The notes beneath the pieces were generated by a model, which ran no database searches, was not told where the DNA came from, and was given only the letters and a program-made list of their open reading frames with translations. Positions 1 through 10,722 of a stretch of 64,000 nucleotides of DNA are shown here, piece after piece; positions within the stretch are counted from its first letter, which is position 1; every line of letters begins with the position of its first letter. Origin of the DNA: Candidatus Latescibacterota bacterium (GTDB taxonomy: Bacteria > Latescibacterota > UBA2968 > UBA8231); assembly GCA_965243025.1 (NCBI GenBank), contig CBDETY010000003.1, positions 2,976,001-3,040,000 on the forward strand, read 5' to 3'. Made by a program: the position numbers and the translations under genes.

Positions 1-963
1 CTCGGCGAGACCACCATGGGCGTCAGCAGGCGGCTCATGGGGGCGCCGGTCGCCTGCCCGGGGATGCTCGCCATGCTCTGCAGCCCCCCGGTCGGGATGG
101 GACGCACCCGCTGGCACCGCGACATCACCCCTCCCAGCCTGGCGCCGCTGTGCGGCCTGCAGCAGGACATGCTCGCCAACGGCCCCGCCCTCCTGCAGTG
201 GAACGTCGCCCTCTACGACGACGACGTGCTGTGGGTGGTGCCCGGCAGCCACCGGCGCCGCAACACCGGGGCGGAGAACGCGCAGTGGCGTTTCGACGCC
301 TGGGCGCCGATGCCGGGAAGCATCCCGGTCGAGCTCGAGGCCGGCGACGGCGTCGCCTACAGCAACATGATCCTGCACTGGGGCAGCAACTACACAGCCC
401 GGCTGCGCCGCACCCTCCACCTCGGGTACCGCTGCTTCGCAAGCCGCATCTTCCCCTACTACGCCGGGCACGGCTGGGACCTCGAGTTCGCCGACCGGCT
501 CTCCCCGGAGTCGCGGAAGCAGTTCGAGCTCTTCGATGAGTTGTACACCGCGGAGATCGACCTCATTTGCGGGATCTTCCGGGCGATGATCGGCCGGGAT
601 GCCGGGGCTTTCCGCGGCGGCCTGGCGCGGCTCCACCCCGGAGAGCAGGGGCGCATGGTCGCCCTGACGCTGCTGTCCAAGGCGGCGAAGGCGCTGCCGG
701 CGTACTGCGATCCGGGGGCCAGCGAGGAGGAGCGGCGCGCCGCCGCGGGGGCGTTCTACGTCAACCTGATGGAACCGCTGCGCGACCGCTTCACCGCGGA
801 GGAGGCCGGACAGCTGTGGCAGCTCTTCGAGCCTCTCGACGCCAGGCTGCGGGCCGAGGACGAACAGTTCGAGCCGATGATGCACGTCACCAGCACGCGC
901 TACCGTTTCTACGACATGCCGGAGGACTTCGAGGTCGACGACTTCACCGCCAGCTGGGGCTGA
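1..963 (+). CDS. Phytanoyl-CoA dioxygenase (PhyH)-family protein, probably 5'-partial
   Basis: WHRD iron-binding motif, LWVVPGSH, and distal H in MILHWGS; frame is open from base 1. Confidence 0.8.
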   Translation, partial: LGETTMGVSRRLMGAPVACPGMLAMLCSPPVGMGRTRWHRDITPPSLAPLCGLQQDMLANGPALLQWNVALYDDDVLWVVPGSHRRRNTGAENAQWRFDAWAPMPGSIPVELEAGDGVAYSNMILHWGSNYTARLRRTLHLGYRCFASRIFPYYAGHGWDLEFADRLSPESRKQFELFDELYTAEIDLICGIFRAMIGRDAGAFRGGLARLHPGEQGRMVALTLLSKAAKALPAYCDPGASEEERRAAAGAFYVNLMEPLRDRFTAEEAGQLWQLFEPLDARLRAEDEQFEPMMHVTSTRYRFYDMPEDFEVDDFTASWG

Positions 964-1147
964 CCGCAATGGCAGCCCGTTGATAAAGTTGCTGCAGGCG
1001 AGGCCGATCCATGACGGCCCGAGACAGGGCGCGCAACCGAGTCGGATCGCAGAGGATTCGGGGGGAGCGCAACGCCCTCTGCGGCACCCAGGGCCGGCCG
1101 CATCTGCTGGAAGGTGGGGGGCCCAGCCCACCCGCAGGAGGAGACCG

Positions 1148-2668
1148 ATGCTGTACAGACCGTCACAGGGAATCTTCAAGGACAACTGCGTCTTCTTCCA
1201 CGAAGGCCGCTACTACCTGTTCAGCATGTACAGCGCGCTGGACGGCAATCACGACGACAGGAACGGCTACAACCACGTCTGGCAGGCGGTCTCGGAGGAC
1301 GGGGTCCGCTGGCGGGACGCGGGCCCCGTCATCTCCGCGCCGTTCCTCGTCTGGGCAATGGGGGTATGGCAGGCCGGCGACAGGTTCTACCTGAACCACG
1401 GCAGCTTCACCGGGACGGGTACCCAGAACGTCCTGCGATTCTGGGAATCCGCCGACCTCCGGAACTGGACCTACATGGGGGAAGAGGCGGACCTGAATCC
1501 GGATCCCCGCTGGTACGACCCCGACAGCCGTTTCGACTGCATGGACGTGATCTCCACGGAGGAGGGCGGACGCAGGAGCTACCACGGGATCGCCTCAGGC
1601 CCGGGGGGCTGGCTGCGGTCGGACGACGGCGTGCACTGGGAGGGCAGGCCCCCTTCGAGGTTCGAGTTCGGAAGCCTGCAACCCGCCGGCGACTACCCGT
1701 TCGAGATAGCGGGATGGCTCCCGATCGACGGCAAAGTCTACCTGCTGGGGAGCCGCCCCGGGTACGCCGGCAACCGCGGCTACTGCGTCTTCACCCTGAC
1801 CGGAGACTCCGTCTACGGCCCGTTCCGGCCGGATGCCGGCGCCTACCGCCTGAGCGGCCACTCCGGCCGGTCCGTCCATCTCTGGGCGAGACCCTGCCGG
1901 ACCGGGCGGGAGCTCCTAGCCAGCAGCTACATGTACGACGGCTGGGGGTACCGCATGGGGGACGTCTGGCTGCCCCCCCTCAAGCGCTTCTCCACAGACG
2001 GCGACGGCCACCTCAGGCTCGCGTACTGGCGGCAGAACGAGGCGCTGAAGGGGAAGCGCCTCGACGCAGGCGTCACCCGCCTGCGGGAGTATCCGGGGCC
2101 GGGGCAGTCCCCGGCGGGCTCGGTCGACGTGGACGTCTCAGGCTCCCGGCTGGAAGCGACAGTCGGCCCCGAGCACAGGTGGATCGATCCCCACCGGCCG
2201 CCGCTGGCGGTGTTCCTGCTGCCGGAGGAGCTCCCGAGCGAAAGCGGAATCGTCCTCGAGGCGAAGGTGAGCATTACCTGTGAGAGCAAGCTCGGGACCA
2301 CGTCGGCGGTCGGGCTGTTTCTCGAGGAGGCACCGCACCTCGGGACGGCGGTCCTCTGGGAATCGTGCGGCCTCACCCGAACCGGGCAGCTCAACCTGAA
2401 CGGCGCGGAGGCGGAATTCACCGAGGAGGATCTCATCGGTCCCGGATGCGCTCCCCCCGGGCTCCAGCTCGACAAGACTCACCGGCTGCGCCTCCTGCTG
2501 CGCCGGAACATGTTCGAGATCTACCTCGACGACCTCTACGTGCAGACGTTCAACACGTCGCGGATCCCGGGACAGACCGGGGCCGTTCCGCGCCGCGTGG
2601 GGTTGGTCGTGCAGAACGGGCAGGCGGTGATCGAAGGGCTGGCTGCGTGGGAGATGACCCTGGACTGA
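1148..2668 (+). CDS. GH32-like glycoside hydrolase (5-bladed propeller plus C-terminal beta-sandwich)
   Basis: ATG 1148 follows AGGAGGAG; motifs GRYYLFSMY, AVSEDGVRW, SADLRNW, SDDGVHW and C-terminal FEIYLDD. Confidence 0.7.
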   Translation: MLYRPSQGIFKDNCVFFHEGRYYLFSMYSALDGNHDDRNGYNHVWQAVSEDGVRWRDAGPVISAPFLVWAMGVWQAGDRFYLNHGSFTGTGTQNVLRFWESADLRNWTYMGEEADLNPDPRWYDPDSRFDCMDVISTEEGGRRSYHGIASGPGGWLRSDDGVHWEGRPPSRFEFGSLQPAGDYPFEIAGWLPIDGKVYLLGSRPGYAGNRGYCVFTLTGDSVYGPFRPDAGAYRLSGHSGRSVHLWARPCRTGRELLASSYMYDGWGYRMGDVWLPPLKRFSTDGDGHLRLAYWRQNEALKGKRLDAGVTRLREYPGPGQSPAGSVDVDVSGSRLEATVGPEHRWIDPHRPPLAVFLLPEELPSESGIVLEAKVSITCESKLGTTSAVGLFLEEAPHLGTAVLWESCGLTRTGQLNLNGAEAEFTEEDLIGPGCAPPGLQLDKTHRLRLLLRRNMFEIYLDDLYVQTFNTSRIPGQTGAVPRRVGLVVQNGQAVIEGLAAWEMTLD

Positions 2669-2693
2669 GGCGGAGCTTCAAATCCCGCCGGGG

Positions 2694-4577
2694 TCAATCC
2701 CGCGGCTGCAGGCGCACCGGCAGCTCGACGAAGCTGGCCGCCCCGCGGCCGTGGTGGACGGCGTGGGTCGCCTTGCGGAAGTCCTCCGGCCGGGCCCAGG
2801 CGATCTCCTCGACGAAGGTCTGCGGGTTGCGGTCGTAGACCGGGAACCACGAGCTCTGCACCTGCACGAGGATGCGGTGCCCGGGCAGGAAGGTGTGGTT
2901 GACGTGGGGCATGGTTATGCGGTAGGGCAGCGCCTGCCCGGGCGGGACCGGCTCCGCCTGCTCGAAGCTCTCGCGGTAGCGGCCGCGCAGGATGTCGCCG
3001 GAGGTCATCAGCTGGTAGCCCCCCATTTCCGGCTCCGCCGGGACCTCCTCGGGGTAGAGGTCGATGAGCTTGACGACCCAGTCGGCATCGGTGCCGGTGG
3101 TCGAGGCGTAGAGCGTCGCCGACGGCCCGCCGCACAGGGTCAGGGGTTCCCGCAGGCGCTCGCCGACGAAGACGAGCACGTCGGTGCGGTCGGAGAAGGG
3201 CCGCTGATCGTCGACCAGCCACCGCGACCAGGTCGACTCCCCGCCGAAGGCAGGCGGGATCGGACGCACCCGGTAGGGCACCGGCTTGGCCGGGTCCGAG
3301 ACGTACTCGGTGCGGCTGTCCCCTGCCCGGGGGGGCCGGAAGGAGAGTCCCCCCTCCGGCTGCAGGTAGAGCCTCCGGGATTCCGTCTCCTCCACCGGCG
3401 GCCAGCTCGAGTACTGCCGCCAGCGGTTGGCGCCGGTCTCGAAGGCGAGCACCGGCGGCAGCGGCCCCGCCTGCCTCTTCCTCTTGAGGTGGCGGTCCCA
3501 GAAGGGCTTGAGCATCTCGCGGCGGAAGCGCAGGGAGGTGTCCTCCCCCCACTTCAGGCTTCCCAGCTCCGAGCCTTCCCCGCTCGTCTGTCCGTGGGAC
3601 CACGGCCCGATGGCCAGGTGGGTGCGCGTTCCCCTCCGGTCGTTGCGGGCCATGGCCTCATGGCTGAGGATCGGGCCGTACAGGTCCTCGGCGTCGAACA
3701 GGCTGTGCACGGTGAGCACGGGAACGCGCCGCGGCGCCCGGGCGAGCTGCTCCTGCAGGGCCTGGTCCTTCCAGTAGTCGTCGTAGGCCGGGTGGGCCAG
3801 GAGGCGCTTCCAGGCCGGCAGCCGGTCGGCCCCGTAGCGGCGGCCCAGCTCGCCGATGGAGCCGGCCTCGAGCACCGCCTGGTAGTTGTCGCGGTAGCCC
3901 CACGGGATGGATTTGCCGGCCTTCCGGGTCGAGGTCTGCCGGTAGACGTACTGCAGCATGACGGTGCGGAAGGCCCCGTGCCGGTAGAAGTCGTCCCCGA
4001 GCCAGGAGTCGACCATGGCGTTTACCGGGACCGCGGCCTTCAGCGCCGGGTGCGGGTCGAGGAGCGCCATCAGGGTCAGCAGGCCGTCGTAGGAGGCGCC
4101 GGTGATGCCGACGCGGCCGTTGTTCCCCTCGACGTTCTCCACCAGCCACTCGACCGTGTCCCAGGCGTCGGTGACCTGGTCGACGCCGCTTTCGTTGAAA
4201 GGCCCGCGCAGGGGCATGGTCATGGTGTACCGGCCCCTGGAGCCGAAGCGGCCGCGCACGTCCTGGTAGACGCGGATGTAGCCGTCGCGCACGAGGGCCT
4301 CGTCGGCGGCGGGCAGGACCATGGCGATGTCGGGGCTGTCGTTGCGCGAGGCGCGGTTCCCGGCGTTGTAGGGAGTCCGCGTCAGCACGATCGGCATCTT
4401 CCCCGCGGCCCCGTCCGGGATCAGGATCAGCGTGAACAGCTTGACGCCGTCGCGCATCGGCACCATCGACTCGATGCGCCTGTAGTTGAAGTCCGCGGTC
4501 CTCGTCTCGAAGGTGCGGGGAACGTCTCCCCCGCCGGTCACGTCCCGCGACCGGGACCTGCTCTTGCGTCTGGCCAT
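2694..4577 (-). CDS. CocE/NonD-family hydrolase (alpha-amino acid ester hydrolase-like)
   Basis: VPMRDGVKL, RTPY, QDVRGRFGS, GASYDG nucleophile elbow, GPWSHG, QSSWFPVYDRNPQ. Confidence 0.92.
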   Translation of the reverse strand: MARRKSRSRSRDVTGGGDVPRTFETRTADFNYRRIESMVPMRDGVKLFTLILIPDGAAGKMPIVLTRTPYNAGNRASRNDSPDIAMVLPAADEALVRDGYIRVYQDVRGRFGSRGRYTMTMPLRGPFNESGVDQVTDAWDTVEWLVENVEGNNGRVGITGASYDGLLTLMALLDPHPALKAAVPVNAMVDSWLGDDFYRHGAFRTVMLQYVYRQTSTRKAGKSIPWGYRDNYQAVLEAGSIGELGRRYGADRLPAWKRLLAHPAYDDYWKDQALQEQLARAPRRVPVLTVHSLFDAEDLYGPILSHEAMARNDRRGTRTHLAIGPWSHGQTSGEGSELGSLKWGEDTSLRFRREMLKPFWDRHLKRKRQAGPLPPVLAFETGANRWRQYSSWPPVEETESRRLYLQPEGGLSFRPPRAGDSRTEYVSDPAKPVPYRVRPIPPAFGGESTWSRWLVDDQRPFSDRTDVLVFVGERLREPLTLCGGPSATLYASTTGTDADWVVKLIDLYPEEVPAEPEMGGYQLMTSGDILRGRYRESFEQAEPVPPGQALPYRITMPHVNHTFLPGHRILVQVQSSWFPVYDRNPQTFVEEIAWARPEDFRKATHAVHHGRGAASFVELPVRLQPRD

Positions 4578-4818
4578 GCTGTATCCTGGGCGTTTTCGGA
4601 AAGGGTTGTATCCGTGCTCTTCCGGTTGAAAGATACGGGGGGAACGGTCCGGTTCCTCGCCCGAGCCTTATTTTGCAGGGAGATCCCGGTGCCGCCGAAT
4701 CCCTTTGCCGGATCACAGCCATCATCAGGCCTGACGCTGGCACTGGTGAACCGGGCACGTTTTCGAGTTCAGGAACGGTCTACGCCCTCCCCGGGTGTCG
4801 TGAACCACGGGACGAAAA

Positions 4819-5595
4819 TTGAGCGAATCCGTAAAACAGTTCTACGACGATCTCGCTGCCGAATACCATTGCGTGTATGCGGACTGGGAATCGGCAATCG
4901 AACGGCAGTCGTCGGCGCTGGACCGGCTGATCGGACGCGGGTCTTCCGCGAGTGAACCGGTTGTCCTGGACTGTTCGTGCGGAACAGGAACCCAGGCGAT
5001 CGTCCTGGCGCAGCGGGGGTACGAAGTGTTCGGATCCGACCTCAGTCCCAAGGCGGTCGCGAGGGCGGAGTCGGAAGCGGCAGGGCGGGACCTGAACATC
5101 CGCTTCGCCGTTGCCGATGTTCGCGAGTCGGAAGGGGCCTTCGGCCGGGATTTCGATGTGGTGATCAGCTGTGACAATTCCCTGCCGCATCTGCTGACTG
5201 ACGAAGACCTGACCCTCGCTCTCCGGAACATCCGGAACCTCCTGACTGACAACGGCCTTTTCATTGCCAGCATCCGCGATTACGACCGGTTGCTCCTCGA
5301 AAAGCCGTCGTCCGTCGCTCCGATTCTCAGCGGCGCACCAGGTGAGGAAACAATAACCTTTCAGATCTGGGACTGGTCCGAGGATGCGGACACCTATCTA
5401 CTGCGGTTTTTCATAGTCGATCAGCAATCGGGTGGATGGAGGGTGAAGGAGATCAGGACCCGTTACCGGGCAGTAAGGCGGCAGGAGCTTGCTTCGGCCC
5501 TTGAGAGGGTCGGATTTTCTGGAATCTCGTGGCATGCACCCGAACAATCCGGGTATCATCAACCAATCGTGACGGCGCGGTCCCGGCGTCCGTGA
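4819..5595 (+). CDS. Class I SAM-dependent methyltransferase
   Basis: VLDCSCGTG motif I, GSDLS, FDVVISCDNSLPHL. Confidence 0.88.
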   Translation: MSESVKQFYDDLAAEYHCVYADWESAIERQSSALDRLIGRGSSASEPVVLDCSCGTGTQAIVLAQRGYEVFGSDLSPKAVARAESEAAGRDLNIRFAVADVRESEGAFGRDFDVVISCDNSLPHLLTDEDLTLALRNIRNLLTDNGLFIASIRDYDRLLLEKPSSVAPILSGAPGEETITFQIWDWSEDADTYLLRFFIVDQQSGGWRVKEIRTRYRAVRRQELASALERVGFSGISWHAPEQSGYHQPIVTARSRRP

Positions 5596-5717
5596 CGCCC
5601 ATGACTGACACCGAAGTCCCGAACCATCGGGATTCTTTCGCGGACCGCACTGCTACCACCCTCGAAATCTGTTGAACAACCCTGCATCACCGGCACTCCG
5701 GCCCTGATGGAGACAAG

Positions 5718-7064
5718 ATGCACGACCTCGACACGAACAGTGACAACCTGCCTTCCGACGGAGCGGAACCGGCCGCAACCTGGGACGATTATCGCGGGAT
5801 ACTGGCCGCAAGCGGCGCGGACCATGCGGAGCTGGAGCAGTTCGACCGGGTGACCCGGAGGGGTTTCCTGACCGCCCTCGGCAAGGGCGCCCTCGCCCTG
5901 GGCGTCTTCGGCGCCGGGCCGGCCGCCGCGGGAAAGGGCCTGTTCGGCAGGGGTCTCCTCCCCAGCGCCTGGGAGAACATCCGGGATCGCGGGCTTCCCA
6001 AGCCGGACATGATCATCCACTCGGAAAACCCGTTCAACGGCGAGCTCCCGGTACATCTGCTCGACGATCCGGTAACGCCGACGGCGCGGCATTTCGTGCG
6101 CAACAACGGAAGCATACCGGAGCGGGCGCGGACCAAGGATCTGCAGGGCTGGAGGCTGCGCGTCGACGGCGAAGTCCGGCGCGAGCTGTCCCTCTCGTTC
6201 GAGGACCTGTTCTCGTTCCCGCAGGTCACCATGCAGATGGTCCTCGAGTGCGCCGGCAACGGCCGCAGCCTGTTCGAGCCGCAGGTCGGAGGGACGCAGT
6301 GGATCCGGGGCGCGGTCGGCTGCAGCGAGTGGACGGGGGTGCGACTGCGCGACGTCCTCGAGTCGGCCGGGGTGAAGGACGGCGCGGTTTATGCGGCGGC
6401 CTACGGCGACGACGCCCCGCCCGAGGGCCGCGAGCCATTCTCGCGGGGCATCCCCATCGCCAAGGCGATGGACGGGCACACGCTGATCGCGTTCGCGATG
6501 AACGGCGAGCCGTTGCCGGGTGCGCACGGATTCCCGGCGCGGCTGCTGGTTCCCGGCTGGATCGGCAGCTCCATGCAGAAGTGGCTCAACCGCATCCGGC
6601 TACGGGACCGGGTGCACGACTCGGCGAAGATGAGCGGCTACTCCTACCGCGTACCGTCGCACCCGGCCGTTCCGGGAGTCCGGCCCCCGGAAGAGGACAT
6701 GACCATCGCCACCTCCTGGATCGTCAAGTCGCTCATCACCCGGCCGCGGGCTGACCTCGAGGTCGCCGCCGGGGACCCCCTGCAGGTCGGCGGCCACGCC
6801 TGGGCCGGGGAGAACCGGGTGGAGCGGGTCCTGGTCTCCACCGACTTCGGCATCACCTGGAAGGAGGCTGCCCTGACCGATCCGGCGAACCGCTACGCCT
6901 GGCACCACTGGCGGACCGGGCTGACCTTCGAGAAACGCGGCTATTACGAGATATGGGCGCGGGCGTTCGACGACACGGGCAGCGCGCAGCCGTTCAGACA
7001 GCCGTGGAATCCCAAGGGCTACCTCGGCAACGTCATTCACCGCGTTCCCGTTCTGGCCACCTGA
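5718..7064 (+). CDS. Sulfite oxidase-family molybdopterin oxidoreductase (SorT/SoxC-like) with Tat signal
   Basis: TRRGFL twin-arginine motif, FVRNNG, ECAGNGR Mo-ligand Cys, HGFPARL, KWL, WNPKGY. Confidence 0.9.
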   Translation: MHDLDTNSDNLPSDGAEPAATWDDYRGILAASGADHAELEQFDRVTRRGFLTALGKGALALGVFGAGPAAAGKGLFGRGLLPSAWENIRDRGLPKPDMIIHSENPFNGELPVHLLDDPVTPTARHFVRNNGSIPERARTKDLQGWRLRVDGEVRRELSLSFEDLFSFPQVTMQMVLECAGNGRSLFEPQVGGTQWIRGAVGCSEWTGVRLRDVLESAGVKDGAVYAAAYGDDAPPEGREPFSRGIPIAKAMDGHTLIAFAMNGEPLPGAHGFPARLLVPGWIGSSMQKWLNRIRLRDRVHDSAKMSGYSYRVPSHPAVPGVRPPEEDMTIATSWIVKSLITRPRADLEVAAGDPLQVGGHAWAGENRVERVLVSTDFGITWKEAALTDPANRYAWHHWRTGLTFEKRGYYEIWARAFDDTGSAQPFRQPWNPKGYLGNVIHRVPVLAT

Positions 7065-7304
7065 CCAGCCTCATACACAGGGACTTTGAGGGTGGTCCGA
7101 TCGCCGGAGAGCGGCTCGGGAGAAGCGGCTTATCCAGGGCGGCCCATTTCGGCGATTGCTCCATACGAACCCCGAACCAGTGCCGCCTCCCACGGTTAAC
7201 TTGGAAAGTCCGGCGCCGAGGCGCCCGGCACGCGGGGCGTCTGAGTCGTACCGACGGTGTACGGCGAGCGAAGGCAACCGGGCGACGGGTTGTCGGCCCC
7301 GGAA

Positions 7305-9356
7305 TCAGAACGCCGCCGCGGCGGTTCTGACCACTTCGAAGGCGCCGCGGCCGGTGGTGGCCGTGACCCGGCACAGGTACAGCCCCGGAGGCACCCGGCG
7401 CCCCGCTTCGTCGCCGCCGTCCCATACCGCCTCGTTCGGCCCGGCGCGCTGTCCGGGCAGCACCAGGCGCCGCACCGGCCGGCCCGCCAGGTTGTAGAAG
7501 ACGATCTCCACGTCCGCCTCCGTCACCCCGAACAGGGAGTAGGCCACCATCAGGCGGTCGTTGACGCCGTCGCCGTCAGGGGTGAACACCGGCGGCCGCA
7601 GCTCGACGCCGCCGACGGTCCGCGGCACCGCCTCCGTCGCGGCGACGACCCTGAGCCGGTCGCTGCCGATCTCCCCGGTGGCGTCCCCCTCCGGGATCAG
7701 CTGGCGCACCCCGGGGCGCCGGCGGTCGAACACCTGTCCTTTCAGCCGGGTCGACACCGTGAAGAAGGTGGTCGTCAGGTCGAGCCGCAGCTCCGCATCC
7801 TCCTCGATCCGTTGCGGCAGGTACACGGTCAGGCCCCCGGCGTCGGCTGCGACGCTGTCGGGCCGCACCTCGACCAGCGGGTCGCCGATGCGCAGGCGGC
7901 GCAGCAGCGGCGGCGACGGCGTCGAGATGGAAAGGGCGTCGAAGCCGCCGGCGCGCTCCGGGAACCGGGCCCGGACCGCGCAGGTCAGGTCCACCGGCTC
8001 GCCCAGGGGCACCCGGGCGAGCCGGGCGGAAGCCAGGTCGCCGGTCACCCCGACCTCGGCCGCCAGGTCGGGCACCAGCAGGGGCGCGATCGCGAACGCC
8101 AGCGAGTCCAGGCGCGCCCCCTCCTCCGGGACCGGGGTGGTGAACTCGACCTCGAACTGCAGGTAGCGGCCGCTGGGCATCTCCAGGACGGTCTCCGGTT
8201 CCGACAGGGGGCTCGACCAGGGGGTCCAGTGCTCGAGGTCGTCGCCGACCGGCCCTTTCCAGCCGACGAACTTGTCGGTCAGCGGTCCGTCGCGGGGTTT
8301 GAGGGCCTGGTGCCCGGCGCGGTCGATCTCGACGACCTCCCCCTGGTCGTTCCAGGTGAAATAGGAGCGCGGGTCCGGGTCGGTGCCGGTGCGGATGCGG
8401 ACCCCGGCCCTGGCGCGGGCGTCCGCCGCGGGCTCAAGCCGCCCCTCGCGGCGGCGCCACTTGCTGGCGTGGAGGACCACCCGGGCCGCGGTCGCCGGCT
8501 CCCCGAGATCGATGACGCGGCTGCGGTACCTCGCCTCCGCGGCGAAGCCGCTGCCGTAGGCCTCGAACTCGGCATAGATCCAGTTGTCTCCGGCCCCCCA
8601 GTCGAGCCCGGGGGTGCCGACGTTGTAGCTGCGCCAGCGCAGGTAGCGCAGGTAGCGCCGCGGGAAGGTCAGCTCTATGGGGGCATGGATGTTCTGCGAC
8701 ACCCGCCCCAGCAGGAACCGCAAAGGCTGGTAGTTGTGGTGCTCCTGCCGGGGGGAGAGGTGGCCTTCGGTGCTGATCTCGGTCTCGTCCGGGCTGCCCG
8801 ACAGCTCGCCGTCGGGGGGGATCTCCCGCGCCAGGGGGGTGCCGTCGCGGTAGGTGACCGAGTCGGGCGGGGCCTGGATGACGAACCGCTGCAGCGGCAC
8901 CCGGGCTCCCAGGTCGAGGGTGTACCACTCCGCGTACTCCCAATCCTTCAACATGCTGGTGTAGGTCGCGGGGTCCCCGTCGAAGAAGTCCTCCGGTTTG
9001 AAGAAGTAGCCGCCGCGGGTGTTGTGATTCCGGTTCCAGCGCCACATGCGGGGGATGCCGTCCTCCCAGAAGACGTCGACCGGCTCCTGGAAGATGTGCC
9101 AGGTGTGGTTGTTGAAGAGCTCGTGCAGGAGGTTCCGGCCGGGCAGCAGCTCGCGCGGCTGGAGGGCGCCGGCTGCGATGGCGTGATCGGCCATGACGTT
9201 CAGGTCCACCCAGTCGCCCCAGGATTCCCCGGCGCGGCCGCCGAACGTCAGGGTGCGCAGGTCGTCGGCCGGTGCCCGCCAGGGGAGCAGCGCGCAGGCG
9301 ACGGCCGCGATGAGGGCGGCAGTGTGGTTCCGAACAGGTGGTCCGCGGCGATTCAC
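7305..9356 (-). CDS. Secreted protein with C-terminal FlgD Ig-like domain
   Basis: N-terminal signal peptide; C-terminal FTPDGDGVND, YNLAGRPVRRL, WDGGDEAGRRVPPGLYL. Confidence 0.8.
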   Translation of the reverse strand: MNRRGPPVRNHTAALIAAVACALLPWRAPADDLRTLTFGGRAGESWGDWVDLNVMADHAIAAGALQPRELLPGRNLLHELFNNHTWHIFQEPVDVFWEDGIPRMWRWNRNHNTRGGYFFKPEDFFDGDPATYTSMLKDWEYAEWYTLDLGARVPLQRFVIQAPPDSVTYRDGTPLAREIPPDGELSGSPDETEISTEGHLSPRQEHHNYQPLRFLLGRVSQNIHAPIELTFPRRYLRYLRWRSYNVGTPGLDWGAGDNWIYAEFEAYGSGFAAEARYRSRVIDLGEPATAARVVLHASKWRRREGRLEPAADARARAGVRIRTGTDPDPRSYFTWNDQGEVVEIDRAGHQALKPRDGPLTDKFVGWKGPVGDDLEHWTPWSSPLSEPETVLEMPSGRYLQFEVEFTTPVPEEGARLDSLAFAIAPLLVPDLAAEVGVTGDLASARLARVPLGEPVDLTCAVRARFPERAGGFDALSISTPSPPLLRRLRIGDPLVEVRPDSVAADAGGLTVYLPQRIEEDAELRLDLTTTFFTVSTRLKGQVFDRRRPGVRQLIPEGDATGEIGSDRLRVVAATEAVPRTVGGVELRPPVFTPDGDGVNDRLMVAYSLFGVTEADVEIVFYNLAGRPVRRLVLPGQRAGPNEAVWDGGDEAGRRVPPGLYLCRVTATTGRGAFEVVRTAAAAF

Positions 9357-9557
9357 GGTTAACAGATAAGGGGCCGGTGCCTTCCCGAGTCAGTCAGCGT
9401 ACGAACGAGGCCGGGCACGGCCCATCCTTTCCCCGCTTTCTCCGTACGGTCGATGGTGAGCTCGCACAACCTCCTGCCGCGGATCCCGCCGCCGCCCTGT
9501 GTCCGAGCCCGCAACGGTCATGGCCCTGGAGACGGCATCTCGCAGCGGATGAGCTGC

Positions 9558-10346
9558 TCAAGGTTGCCTCCGCTGTTTCCGCGCCTCGAACAGGCCTGTT
9601 TCCTTTGTAATGCGGAACCGGCCGTTCGCAGCGATCTCCTTCTCCACCAGCTCCGCCAACCGGGCCGCCCTGTTTCCCGACAGGTCGTAGCGGCCGGTCG
9701 ACAGCCCGTACGCGACCACCGGCCCGGCCTCGGTTACCTCCAGGGAATCGTCGCGCCGCGTCATGGCAACCTCGGTGAACCACTCCCCGAGCAGGCCGGC
9801 GCCGTCCTGCAGGCTGAACCCCTCCTCGACCGGGACGGGCCTGGTCTTCGGGCCGGGACTCACCCGGTCGAGCATCCGGAACAGCTCCCGCATGTGGGAC
9901 AGGCCGTTGGTCGCCGCCGCCAACCTGCCTCCCGGTTGCAGCACCCTCCATATCTCTCCCAGCCCGCGCCGGCGGTCCGGAACGTGGTATAGCATGTGGT
10001 TGGCCACAACCAGATCGAAGGTCTCTTCCGGGAACGGCAGCCCCTGGGCGTCGCAAACGCAGGTCGTGAACCGCCCGTCCGCCGCCAGCCTGTCACGCGC
10101 CTCGGACGCCATGCCGGGGAACAGGTCGGACAGCACCACCGCGCAGCCCGGAGGCACGTCCGGCAGATTGCGCTTCCAGAGCTCCCCGGTCCCGCAGCCC
10201 ACTTCGAGAACGCGGCTGTCCGCTTTCAAGCCGAGGCGCTCGAAGACCCACCGGTTCCAGTCGACCTTGTTGGTGCTGAAATTGGCGTGAAGACTGACGC
10301 GGGACCTGAGGTTCCTGGAATCCCCGTACTGACCGGACAGGCTCAT
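9558..10346 (-). CDS. Class I SAM-dependent methyltransferase
   Basis: VLEVGCGTG, FDLVVANHMLYHV, RVLQPGG. Confidence 0.9.
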   Translation of the reverse strand: MSLSGQYGDSRNLRSRVSLHANFSTNKVDWNRWVFERLGLKADSRVLEVGCGTGELWKRNLPDVPPGCAVVLSDLFPGMASEARDRLAADGRFTTCVCDAQGLPFPEETFDLVVANHMLYHVPDRRRGLGEIWRVLQPGGRLAAATNGLSHMRELFRMLDRVSPGPKTRPVPVEEGFSLQDGAGLLGEWFTEVAMTRRDDSLEVTEAGPVVAYGLSTGRYDLSGNRAARLAELVEKEIAANGRFRITKETGLFEARKQRRQP

Positions 10347-10722
10347 CTATATGTGCATCTCCATGAAATGGCGTTCATTGCACATACCTCTACCGTGCCA
10401 GGATCCACGAAATATCCTCAATTCCATCGGCTTGCCCTAAGCCGGGGCAACGCACACCGATCCACGGAGTGGACAAGCACCCGGAAAGGGGACGGGTGTT
10501 TAAATCAGACCCCGACCGAAGACCGCCAGCCGATTTTTTTGCGGTTCACGAAATCCCTCCTGCCGGGTCATATGGGACAACCGCGCTTCCGGCGCCGCTT
10601 CGGCGTCGATGGCATTTCCGATACCTGCGGATCCACCGCAAAGACGGTCCGGCCGCAACGGGCCCCATGAGCCGGGTACCGGGTTCGCACAGGATCGAGT
10701 TCTCTTGACCGCCAACTGATTT

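Noticed and set aside
7070-7300. Structured intergenic element with a GTCGTAC..GTACGGC hairpin
   Set aside because: Single copy in the window with no definable ends
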